Positions 10,685 to 18,909 of a stretch of 64,000 nucleotides of DNA are shown here, piece by piece. Position 1 is the stretch's first letter. Each line of letters starts with the position of its first letter. The DNA comes from Chloroflexota bacterium (GTDB lineage Bacteria; Chloroflexota; Anaerolineae; DUEN01), in NCBI GenBank assembly GCA_013152435.1, contig JAADGJ010000061.1, forward strand, positions 5,034 through 69,033. The letters run 5' to 3'. Below the pieces are notes generated by a model. The model did no database searches, was not told the DNA's origin, and worked only from the letters and a program-made list of their open reading frames with translations. The position numbers and the translations under genes were made by a program.

Positions 10685-11734
10685 TTGACGCGAGAAGAGG
10701 TTCGGCTGACCGCGATGGCAGCCTGCGCCGGCTGAGCGAGCAAGCTGGCCCCAGAGGCCCTGGCGCAGGTCCTGCGTCCACTTCAAAACCTATTCCCGCC
10801 CGAGGCGCATCCCGAGGTGTTGGTCGGCCTGGGCGCGGTGGATGACGCCGCGGTCTATCGTCTGAACGATCGGCAGGCCATCATCAGCACCACCGATTTC
10901 TTCACGCCCGTGGTGGATGATCCCTATGATTATGGGGCGATCGCCGCGGCCAATGCCATGAGCGATGTGTACGCCATGGGGGGCGATGTCCTCTTCGCCT
11001 TGAACATCGCCGCTTTTCCCGCGGATATGGATCCGGATGTGATCGCTCGGATCCTGCGCGGTGGGGCGGACAAAGTGATGGAGGCGGGAGGGGTGATCGC
11101 CGGAGGGCACACGATCCAGGATCAGGAGCCCAAGTATGGCCTGGCGGTCGTGGGCATGGTGCACCCGGATCGGATCTTCACCAAGGGGGGCGCCCGGCCG
11201 GGCGATACGCTGTTCCTCACCAAACCGCTGGGGACCGGCGCGATCAGCACGGCCCTCAAGCGCGGGCTCGCGCGGGCCGATCACGTGAGCGCTATGGTCG
11301 AGAGCATGAAGCGGCTGAATCGCGTCGCGGCCATGGTTGCCCGGGAGGTCGGCGTTCGGGCGGCCACGGACATCACCGGCTTTGGACTGCTGGGACATGC
11401 CAGCGAGATGGTCCAGGCGAGCGGCGTGGGATTCCGCTTCCGGATGGGCGCGATCCCGCTCTTGCCCGGGGCGGCCGAGTACGCCGCCGAGTGGATCTTC
11501 CCGGGGGGCTCGCACAACAATAAGTCCTTCTACCGTTCCCTGGTGCGCTTCGGCGAGGAGATTCCCGAGGAGCGACAGATGCTTTTGTGGGATGCTCAGA
11601 CCTCGGGCGGGCTGTTGGTCGCCGTCCCGCCCGGCCGGAGTGAGGATTTCCGAACCCTATGTGCGGATCGTGGACAATCGGTTTGGGAGATCGGCGAGGT
11701 GATCGAGGGGACGGGGATTGAGGTAGTCGCCTGA
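10685..11734 (+). CDS. selD: selenide, water dikinase (selenophosphate synthetase) SelD with an in-frame UGA = selenocysteine at residue 17
   Basis: The ORF track starts at 10817, but the upstream in-frame sequence (TTG 10685 with RBS AAGGAG 8 nt upstream) reads LTREEVRLTAMAACAG-U-ASKLAPEALAQVL... This aligns gap-free with the E. coli SelD N-terminus [24 protein letters not shown]. The UGA at 10733-10735 sits exactly at Cys17, and the Lys20 equivalent is conserved. The downstream sequence is a typical SelD/AIR-synthase-related fold (GGHTIQDQEPKYGLAVVG, LFLTKPLGTG). Confidence 0.75.
10733..10735 (+). other. UGA selenocysteine recoding codon inside selD
   Basis: In-frame TGA flanked by conserved SelD active-site residues. 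A GC-rich region 10744-10770 could fold into the required bacterial SECIS hairpin, but I could not fold it reliably by eye. Confidence 0.65.
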
Positions 11735-11756
11735 GGGAGATCGAGGGCCTGAAAGA

Positions 11757-11794
11757 AGAAAACGGAGGGGACGGCCGTCCCCTCCGTTTTTTCC
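11757..11794 (+). terminator. rho-independent terminator of selD
   Basis: GAAAACGGAGGGGACGGCCGTCCCCTCCGTTTTTTCC: a perfect GC hairpin followed by T6. Confidence 0.65.
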
Positions 11795-12062
11795 TTAGAG
11801 CGTGTTTGAGAAATGCCATTGCTTCTACTATGGGGAGGCTCGGAGGGGCGGAGCCCCTCCGGAAAAAGCTTTTCTTTCGCCTTCGACCTGCCTGGCCTCG
11901 GCCTGGGTCCTCCGGAAAGGGCGGAGAAAGGCAGGTGCAGGCCGGAAAAGTGGATTTCCTGTGGAGGGGAGGTCCCCTCCACACCTCCCCCTGTGGAGCT
12001 GATCGCCGAGGAAGCCCCTCAGACACCTTACCGGCAAATTTTCAGAGAGCGTCTGAAGATCA
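11795..12062 (-). repeat. copy A of the dispersed multi-hairpin (MITE-like) intergenic repeat family
   Basis: About 85-90% identical, in reverse orientation, to 49229-49436 when aligned by eye. Contains palindromes GTGGAGGGGAGGTCCCCTCCAC and CGGAGGGGCGGAGCCCCTCCGG and ends carrying GAGCGTGTNTGA motifs. The ORFs predicted here (e.g. 11373..12026) are rejected. Confidence 0.6.
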
Positions 12063-12143
12063 CTAAGTAGAGGGGCACGGCCGCCGCCGTGCCCCTCTTG
12101 CGTTTGTGGTCTGGAGATATTAGATCCCGTCCGATGGCATGCC

Positions 12144-14486
12144 TCACTCGCCGGCCGGCGCTGCAGCCGGAGCGGGGGAGCTGAGGATCTCCGCCTCCCG
12201 CTTGGAGGTGGAGATGGCCCACCACAGCACGGCCAGCAGGGCCACGATGACGATGATGGTAAAGACGCTCAATCCCTTGTACTGGACGATGATGGGGGCG
12301 ATGATGACGCTGACCAGGTTCACCACCTTGATCATGGGGTTCAGCGCCGGCCCCGCCGTGTCCTTCAGCGGGTCGCCGACGGTGTCGCCCACCACGCTGG
12401 CCTTGTGGCGCTCGGATCCCTTGCCGGTGTTGGCCTCCAGGTTGCGGGGCTCGTCCTCGATGGTCTTCTTGGCATTGTCCCAGGCGCCACCCGCGTTGGC
12501 CATGAAGACGGCCAGCAGCTGGCCGGACAGGATGATGCCCGCCAGGAAGCCGCCCAGCGCCTCCACCTGCAGGAGCAGCCCGACCACGATCGGGGTCACC
12601 ACGGCGATGGTGGCCAAGGAGACCAGCTCCTTCTGCGCCGCAACGGTGGAGATCTCCACGGCCCGGGCATAGTCCGGCTTCACCGTGCCTTCCAGGATGC
12701 CGGGGATGCGGAACTGTCGCCGGACCTCTTCCACCATCTGCCCGGCCGCGCGGCTCACCGCCCTGATGGCCAGCGAGGAGAATAGCCATGGGATCGCGCC
12801 GCCGATGAGCAGCCCGACGAAGACCACCGGCTCGGACACCCGGATGCCGTTGATCAGCGCCTGCGGATCGATCTTGGCCACGTCGGTGATGTAGGAGCCG
12901 AACAGGGAGACGGCGGCGATGACGGCTGAGCCGATGGCGATGCCCTTGGTGATGGCCTTGGTAGTGTTGCCCACCGCGTCCAGGTCGGTCATGATCTTGC
13001 GGGCGTCCTCATCCATGCCGGCCATCTCGCCGATGCCGTTGGCATTGTCGGCGATGGGACCGAAGGAGTCCATGGCCACGTTATTCCCGGTCAGGGTCAG
13101 CATGCCGATGCCGGTCATAGCCACGCCGTAGAGGACGAAGGCCGTCCGGGCGATGGTGTCAGACGGGACCTTACCCGCCTCCACGAACTGCTGGACCGGG
13201 ACGCCGGCGTAGATCAGGATGGCCGCCCCGATGGTGAGGGCGATGACCAGGATGGCCCACACGGTGGATTCGTATCCCACGCCCAGGCCGGCGAGGATGG
13301 TCGTGGCAGGCCCGCCGTTGGTGGCCTTGCGGATCTCCTGTACAGGCGCCTTCTCGGTACCCGTGAAATAGTCGGTCAGACGGTCAATGAGGATGGCCAG
13401 GAAGACGCCCGCCGTCGTGGAGAGGAAGGGACGCCACCAGCCGCCGGGCACGCCCTCCATGTAGACGATGGCGACGATGCCGAACAGCACAATCGAGATG
13501 GCCGCCGAGGTGAGGTATCCTCGGAAGATGGCCGCCATCGCGTCGCCGCTCTTTTCCGGTCCACCCTTCACTCGATACGTGCCGATGATAGAGGCCAGCA
13601 CGCCGATGCCGCGCACCAGGAGCGGATACAGGATCCACTCGATGTGGCCGGTGATCGCCGTGAGCGCCAAGCCCAGGATCAGGGCCGAGACGATGGTCAC
13701 CTCGTAGGACTCGAAGATGTCCGCCGCCATACCGGCGCAGTCTCCCACGTTGTCCCCTACCAGGTCGGCAACCACGGCCGCGTTCCTAGGGTCATCCTCG
13801 GGGATATCCTGCTCGACCTTACCCACCAGATCGGCGCCGACGTCCGCCGCCTTGGTGTAGATGCCACCACCCACTCGCATGAAGAGCGCCAACAGCGTGC
13901 CGCCGAAGCCGAAGCCCAGAAGTGCGTCCGGCGCAGCCTTGCCGAAGATCATGAAGATCACGGTGCCGCCGAACAGGCCCAGGCCGTCGGTCAACATGCC
14001 CGTGATGGTGCCCGCACGATAGGCGATGCGCAGCGCGTCGCCGAAGCTGTGGCGAGCGGCCGCCGCCACGCGCACGTTGCCCTGCACCGCCATGCGCATG
14101 CCGATCTGCCCCACTGCCAGGGAGAATCCCGCACCCATCATGAAGGCGATGGCGCGCCCGAGCCCTACCAGTAGACGGACAGTGTTTTCACTTCGCCCTG
14201 CGAACCGTTCCATGGCCTCCGCGGTGGGGGGGACGATATACACGCTCAGGAACAGCGCCACCGTGAGGAGCCCGATGAACGGCAGGATCGTGCGGAGCTG
14301 ACGGGTCAGGTACGCGTCGGCTCCTTGGCGGATCGCCTCCCAGACCTCCTGCATCTCCGCCGTGCCTTTGTCCTCTTGCATGATCTGTCTGCGTAGGAAG
14401 ATGGCGTAGAGGAGGCCCAGGATTGCGATGCCCAGTACCGCCCAGACAGCAATTGTCTCCAGGGGAGTCAAACCCATTGTGCCCAT
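12144..14486 (-). CDS. hppA: K+-stimulated / H+-translocating pyrophosphatase (membrane-bound V-type PPase)
   Basis: 780-aa polytopic protein with hallmark H+-PPase motifs (GGG(I/L)YTKAADVGADL, DNVGDCAGM, EYYT-like regions). RBS GGAGG. Confidence 0.9.
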   Translation of the reverse strand: MGTMGLTPLETIAVWAVLGIAILGLLYAIFLRRQIMQEDKGTAEMQEVWEAIRQGADAYLTRQLRTILPFIGLLTVALFLSVYIVPPTAEAMERFAGRSENTVRLLVGLGRAIAFMMGAGFSLAVGQIGMRMAVQGNVRVAAAARHSFGDALRIAYRAGTITGMLTDGLGLFGGTVIFMIFGKAAPDALLGFGFGGTLLALFMRVGGGIYTKAADVGADLVGKVEQDIPEDDPRNAAVVADLVGDNVGDCAGMAADIFESYEVTIVSALILGLALTAITGHIEWILYPLLVRGIGVLASIIGTYRVKGGPEKSGDAMAAIFRGYLTSAAISIVLFGIVAIVYMEGVPGGWWRPFLSTTAGVFLAILIDRLTDYFTGTEKAPVQEIRKATNGGPATTILAGLGVGYESTVWAILVIALTIGAAILIYAGVPVQQFVEAGKVPSDTIARTAFVLYGVAMTGIGMLTLTGNNVAMDSFGPIADNANGIGEMAGMDEDARKIMTDLDAVGNTTKAITKGIAIGSAVIAAVSLFGSYITDVAKIDPQALINGIRVSEPVVFVGLLIGGAIPWLFSSLAIRAVSRAAGQMVEEVRRQFRIPGILEGTVKPDYARAVEISTVAAQKELVSLATIAVVTPIVVGLLLQVEALGGFLAGIILSGQLLAVFMANAGGAWDNAKKTIEDEPRNLEANTGKGSERHKASVVGDTVGDPLKDTAGPALNPMIKVVNLVSVIIAPIIVQYKGLSVFTIIVIVALLAVLWWAISTSKREAEILSSPAPAAAPAGE

Positions 14487-14818
14487 GATCGATCCCTCTT
14501 ACCTCCATTCCTCAGAATATAGCCGGGCTTGCAATCGCCCGGCTGATGATCTCTATATCCAAACCCAGCAGCATCCCTGGCTTGGATCGCTCGATTGGAC
14601 GGCCTCTAGCGCCTTGGCGGTGCTTATGTATATATCATCGCGGTACAGGCAAGCTGCTTATCATTGCTGGATTTTACTTGGCGGACTTGGGGAAGTCAAG
14701 AATTTAGATCATAGGCCGTGCGCCCAATTCGGGGTCGTTCATATAAAATGGGGGCTCTCCTGAAAGGCGGCCCTGTAAGGGTTTCGGAGGCCTCCGGATG
14801 GGTTTCGGAAGGAAAAAT

Positions 14819-14847
14819 GGTTGCTTCTTCGCATGGGGTATGATAGA
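14819..14847 (+). promoter_or_regulatory. candidate promoter TTGCTT-17-TAGAAT upstream of rsfS
   Basis: Sequence match only. Confidence 0.3.
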
Positions 14848-14919
14848 ATGAAACCGGCATGGTGCCCTGGCGGGAGGCTGGGGCATAGCTGTGAATTGCC
14901 GTGATGATCATTCCAGGAT

Positions 14920-15282
14920 TTGAGCGGGAGGTGTGATCTGGAGTCAGCGGAACTGGCGCATGCCATTGTCAACCTGGTGGAAGAGCATCAGGCAGAGGAC
15001 ATCGTGATGCTCGACCTCCGCACGGTGTCCATCCTTGCTGACTATTTCGTGATCTGCTCTTCGGAGTCGGAGCGACAGTCCCGGGCGATCATGGAGGCGG
15101 TGGATGAAGGCCTGGGACATTTGGGGAAGGCCCCGCTAGGTGTGGAAGGGTCGGCCAGCGCTGGCTGGATCCTGATGGATTACGGGGATGTCGTGCTCCA
15201 TATCTTCTCCGCCGAGAAGCGGGCGTTCTATCGGCTGGAGGAGTTCTGGCAGCAGGCGCCCGTGGTGGTGAAGGTCCAGTAG
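14920..15282 (+). CDS. rsfS: ribosome silencing factor RsfS (Iojap family)
   Basis: LAHAIVNLVEEHQAEDIVMLDLRTVSILADYFVICSSESERQSRAI is a typical Iojap/RsfS core. The start is uncertain: the in-frame TTG at 14920 has a GGGAGG RBS overlapping it. Confidence 0.7.
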   Translation: MSGRCDLESAELAHAIVNLVEEHQAEDIVMLDLRTVSILADYFVICSSESERQSRAIMEAVDEGLGHLGKAPLGVEGSASAGWILMDYGDVVLHIFSAEKRAFYRLEEFWQQAPVVVKVQ

Positions 15283-15314
15283 CATGGCTGCTTCCCGATC
15301 AGAATGAGAAAATC

Positions 15315-15342
15315 AAGAGCCCGGGATGTCCCGGGCTCTTGT
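15315..15342. terminator. bidirectional hairpin between convergent rsfS and ndk
   Basis: CAAGAGCCCGGGATGTCCCGGGCTCTTG, a perfect 12-13 bp palindrome. Confidence 0.45.
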
Positions 15343-15403
15343 CGTATCGTGATGGCGGGGTATAACCGGTGGCTGCTGACACATCGCTCTTACCGGCCCG
15401 AGT

Positions 15404-15853
15404 TCACTCGAAGATCCATGTGTCCAGGGCCCGATCGTAGCTGGCCAGTTCCTCCGGCTGGAACCACAGCGCGATCTCCGCCTGGGCCGTCTCCGGCCCG
15501 TCCGATCCGTGTACCAGGTTGCGTCCGATCTCCAGCGCGTAGTCGGCGCGAATGGTGCCCGGCGCGGCGTTGGCCGGGTTCGTGGCCCCCATGGTAGCCC
15601 GTGTGATCTCGATGGCGTTGTTCCCCTCCAGCACCATGGCCACTACCGGCGCCGATGTGATGTAGCGAATCAGTCCCTCGAAGAACGGCTTCCCCTCGTG
15701 GACGGCGTAGTGTTTGCGGGCCAGTTCCTCGCTGACCTGGACCAGCTTCAGCCCCACGATCTTCAGGCCACGGCGTTCGAGCCGCTCGATGATGGTCCCC
15801 ACCAGGCCTCGTTGGACCCCATCCGGCTTGATGAGCACTAAGGTGCGTTCCAC
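15404..15853 (-). CDS. ndk: nucleoside diphosphate kinase
   Basis: [19 protein letters not shown]...[20 protein letters not shown], a canonical Ndk with the active-site His in NxxHGSD. Confidence 0.9.
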   Translation of the reverse strand: MERTLVLIKPDGVQRGLVGTIIERLERRGLKIVGLKLVQVSEELARKHYAVHEGKPFFEGLIRYITSAPVVAMVLEGNNAIEITRATMGATNPANAAPGTIRADYALEIGRNLVHGSDGPETAQAEIALWFQPEELASYDRALDTWIFE

Positions 15854-15884
15854 GTTGTCCGCCTCCTTATCCCTTGGTCTTGCG

Positions 15885-16050
15885 AGAGTGTGTCTGGGAG
15901 CGTATCCGAAAATTTACCGGTAAGGTGTCTGAGGATCTCCCTCAGCTACCAGCCCCACAGGGAGAAGTGAGGAAGGGACCTTCCCTTCGGGGGAAAGCCC
16001 CTCTGGGCCTCCCCATGGCGGGAGCAACGGGATCTCTCAGACACGCTCCG
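15885..16050 (+). repeat. copy B (shorter) of the dispersed multi-hairpin repeat family
   Basis: Shares GAAAATTTACCGGTAAGGTGTCTGAGG with copy A and TCTCCCTCAGCTACCAGCCCCACAGGG with copy D. Inverted termini GAGTGTGTCTGGGAG and CTCTCAGACACGCTC. Confidence 0.5.
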
Positions 16051-16240
16051 AGTGCATAGCGGCCGGAATTATGCACCGCTCAGGGCGAAAAGTCAAAGCG
16101 CCCGGGGACGGACGCAGGGCTTTTTCAAAGTCAGTGATGGAAATCGGGGGAGGAAGAAAGCCTTTCTTGTGGCCACGGGTCGGCCGGTCTAGGCCTCGCT
16201 TCCCCTGGCCCGGCAGCGTGGTGAACGGGCGCGCGAGGGA

Positions 16241-17314
16241 TCAGCCGAGGTGATGGATCTCCCGGATCTCGTGGAGCAACTCGTCGATCGGCCGCTCCGG
16301 ATGTGGGGAAGGCCCCAGTGGGTCGCTGACGGGGGCCTGAACGTCCTGCAACAGGCGCAGCGTCGTCAGCACGCCATGGGCCAGCACATCCAGGTGGTAG
16401 CCGCCCTCCAGCACGAAGACCAGCCGCCCCTGGCACCACATCTCGGCCAGCTCAAGCAGGCGTCGGATGAGGGAGGCATATCCGGTGATGGAGAGCAGCA
16501 TCCCGGCCAGCGGATCGGCCCAGTGGGCGTCGTAGCCGGCCGATCCCAGGATGAGCTGCGGCCGATAGCGCTCCACGATGGGGACCAGGACCTCGTCGAA
16601 GGCCCGGCGATATCCCTCGTCGCCGACCCGGTAGGGGAGCGGGACGTTGACCGTATATCCCTCGCCAGGGCCCTCTCCGATCTCCCCCCGGCTGCCGGTG
16701 CCGGGGTAGAAGGGATACTGATGCGTGGAAAAGTACAGGACGCCTGGGTCCTGATAGAACACCTCCTGGGTGCCGTTCCCGTGATGCACGTCGAAGTCGA
16801 CGATGAGGATGCGGTCGAGCTGGTGTTCGGTCTGGGCGAAGCGGGCGGCGACGGCGACGTTGTTGAAGAGGCAGAATCCCATGCCCTGCTTGGGGCGAGC
16901 GTGGTGGCCGGGCGGTCGGATCAGCGCGAATCCGTTGCGCGCCCGGCCGGAGAGCACGGCCTCGGTGAGGTTCACGGCACCCCCGGCCGCGGTCAGCGCG
17001 GCCTCATACGAGAACGGCCGCACGTACGTGTCCATGTCCAGGTACCCACCGCCCTGATCGGCGCGCCGCTTGACCCGCTGGATGTACTCCTCGCTGTGGA
17101 CCCGGGCGAGCCGCTCCGGAGTGATGGAGGTGGCTTCCACGGACCGGAGCTGCTCCAGGATTCCCTCCTTTTGCAATAGCTGGCTCACGGCGACGATCCG
17201 CTTATGGCTCTCCGGGTGATTGGCCAGGTCGTGCTCCGCTTCCTGCGGGTTATATGTGTAGGCCGTGACGCTTGGGGGGGCCGAGTTCTGTTGAAGGCGT
17301 CCGTTGTCGCTCAT
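16241..17314 (-). CDS. histone deacetylase-family protein (acetoin utilisation AcuC / acetylpolyamine amidohydrolase-like)
   Basis: HDAC signature regions (PPGHHA, DFDVHHGNGTQ, GGGY-like). Start reassigned to the ATG at 17314 (MSDNGRLQ..., RBS AGGAG). The 463-aa ORF in the track runs into the SUI1 gene. Confidence 0.8.
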   Translation of the reverse strand: MSDNGRLQQNSAPPSVTAYTYNPQEAEHDLANHPESHKRIVAVSQLLQKEGILEQLRSVEATSITPERLARVHSEEYIQRVKRRADQGGGYLDMDTYVRPFSYEAALTAAGGAVNLTEAVLSGRARNGFALIRPPGHHARPKQGMGFCLFNNVAVAARFAQTEHQLDRILIVDFDVHHGNGTQEVFYQDPGVLYFSTHQYPFYPGTGSRGEIGEGPGEGYTVNVPLPYRVGDEGYRRAFDEVLVPIVERYRPQLILGSAGYDAHWADPLAGMLLSITGYASLIRRLLELAEMWCQGRLVFVLEGGYHLDVLAHGVLTTLRLLQDVQAPVSDPLGPSPHPERPIDELLHEIREIHHLG

Positions 17315-17334
17315 GAAGGGCTCCTGAGATGGGT

Positions 17335-17694
17335 TTATCCGCCGACGAACTTCACCGTATATCCCCGCTTCCGCAGGATCTGGGCGACGCGTTCCCGGTG
17401 GTCTCCCTGTACTTCGATGACGCCGCTTTTGACGGTGCCACCCGCGCCGCACTCCCGACGCAGGGCCTTCCCCAGCGCCGCCAGCTCGGCCGGGGCGAGC
17501 TGAAGCCCGGAGACGGTGGTCACAACCTTGCCGCGGCGGCGCTTGCGGTCCAGGGCGATGCGCGCCACCTGCCGGCCTGGCGGCGGCGATTCGGGTGGAC
17601 ATGTGCAGGGGGATTGCCCGCACGTGGGGCAAGGAGGCTCGGGTTCCGGGTCGGTGGAATACACCACGCGACGGTCAGATCGGCGAGATTTCAT
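17335..17694 (-). CDS. translation initiation factor SUI1/YciH family protein
   Basis: The C-terminal KRRRGKVVTTVSGL...GAGGTVKSGVIEVQGDHRERVAQILRKRGY matches the SUI1 fold. The N-terminal part is Cys/Pro-rich. Confidence 0.7.
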   Translation of the reverse strand: MKSRRSDRRVVYSTDPEPEPPCPTCGQSPCTCPPESPPPGRQVARIALDRKRRRGKVVTTVSGLQLAPAELAALGKALRRECGAGGTVKSGVIEVQGDHRERVAQILRKRGYTVKFVGG

Positions 17695-17757
17695 CGTTTC
17701 TCCGGTCCATACGCGCTCGTAGTTGCGGCGCCTGTGGAGAAGGGGCCGGGCGGCCGG

Positions 17758-18501
17758 TCAGGTGACCAGCCCGGGCCAGACGTCAGGATGCTCCGCCAGG
17801 GCACGCCGCTGCGCTTCCAGCAGCTGTCGAATCCCTTCCTCGGCCAGGTCGAGTAACCGGTCCAGGGTGGCACGAGCGAAGGGCGGCCCTTCCGCCGTGC
17901 CCTGCACCTCGACGAATTCGCCCGCGCCCGTCATTACCACGTTGCAGTCCACCTCCGCCCGGGAGTCCTCCTCGTAGCACAGGTCCAGCAGGGGGACGCC
18001 GTCGACGATGCCCACGCTGACCGCGGCGACGGGCGTCTGAAAGACCTCTTCGTTGATGGCCCCTTCGGCGATCAACCGGCTGAGCGCCAGGGCCACGGCC
18101 ACCCAGCCGCCCGTGATGCTGGCCGTGCGCGTGCCGCCGTCCGCCTGCAGCACGTCGCAGTCCACCACCAGGGTGCGCTCGCCCAGCGCTTCCAGGTTGA
18201 CCGCGGCGCGCAGGGAGCGGCCGATCAGGCGCCGGATCTCCTGGGAACGGCCGGAGGGGCCGCGTTGCTCGCGCGGCGTGCGGGTGTGCGTCGAGCGGGG
18301 GAGCAGGGCATATTCGGCGGTCACCCACCCTCGCCCTTGGTCCGCGAGCCAGGCGGGCACTCCCTCCTGCACGGAGACGTTGCACAGCACCCGGGTGCCT
18401 CCGCACGTGATCAGGACGGAGCCCTCCGGATAGGTGATGTAGTCCAGCGTGAAGCTTGTTGGGCGTAGATCCTCTGGCGCCCGGCCATCGGGACGCGACA
18501 T
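17758..18501 (-). CDS. rph: ribonuclease PH
   Basis: Canonical RNase PH sequence ([12 protein letters not shown]..., [20 protein letters not shown]). Confidence 0.9.
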   Translation of the reverse strand: MSRPDGRAPEDLRPTSFTLDYITYPEGSVLITCGGTRVLCNVSVQEGVPAWLADQGRGWVTAEYALLPRSTHTRTPREQRGPSGRSQEIRRLIGRSLRAAVNLEALGERTLVVDCDVLQADGGTRTASITGGWVAVALALSRLIAEGAINEEVFQTPVAAVSVGIVDGVPLLDLCYEEDSRAEVDCNVVMTGAGEFVEVQGTAEGPPFARATLDRLLDLAEEGIRQLLEAQRRALAEHPDVWPGLVT

Positions 18502-18519
18502 GGATTCCTCCCGAGTGGA

Positions 18520-18909
18520 TCAGGTGGACAGTGGATAGGCGATGGCCGTCATCAGGGCCATGTTGGTCTGGGTCGTGTCCAGCCGGCTGTACTGGACGAC
18601 CACCGGGACGTCGCTGCGCACCCGGATGGCATAGGGCACGCCGATGGGGATCTCCACGCCGCCGATCTGCTCCGGCTGGTCCAGGCGCAGGTGGCGGGTG
18701 CGTTCGGCCGGTATGGTCACCTCCACGTCCTTGATCGGCGGTCGGTCCTCGAAGTAGAAGTCCAGATGTAGATGGGCATCCTTCGGGCCGGTGTTCAGCA
18801 CGCAGATGGCCTCATGTCCGAAGTAAGGGCCCTCCCCGATCGGCTCGGGCAGGTAGGCGTCCGGGATCAGCCATCGAGTGGCGCCCTCGTGTCCGTTCTC
18901 ATTCGGCAT
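18520..18909 (-). CDS. small conserved beta-rich hypothetical protein (possibly ASRT/TM1070-like family)
   Basis: 128 aa starting from the ATG at 18909 (RBS GGGAGGAGG). It overlaps the stop of the upstream gene by 11 nt, suggesting coupled translation. The family assignment is from memory only and is weak. Confidence 0.35.
   Translation of the reverse strand: MPNENGHEGATRWLIPDAYLPEPIGEGPYFGHEAICVLNTGPKDAHLHLDFYFEDRPPIKDVEVTIPAERTRHLRLDQPEQIGGVEIPIGVPYAIRVRSDVPVVVQYSRLDTTQTNMALMTAIAYPLST

Noticed and set aside
10506-10688. 60-aa ORF upstream of selD
   Set aside because: It overlaps the selD promoter/RBS region and has no RBS. The space is better explained by the true (TGA-containing) selD start at 10685.
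11373-12026. ORFs inside the repeat copies (11373..12026 -, 15874..16059 +, 47875..48180 +, 49202..49576 +) sharing peptide 'motifs' such as EGLPQLPAPQGEVWRG
   Set aside because: The shared peptides simply reflect DNA-level identity of the repeat. Start/stop positions differ between copies and the reading frames are not maintained. The sequence is dominated by palindromes.
16241-17632. 463-aa ORF fusing the HDAC-family gene with upstream sequence
   Set aside because: The N-terminal 106 residues are low complexity and overlap the SUI1 gene in another frame. An internal ATG at 17314 has an AGGAG RBS and begins the conserved HDAC sequence.
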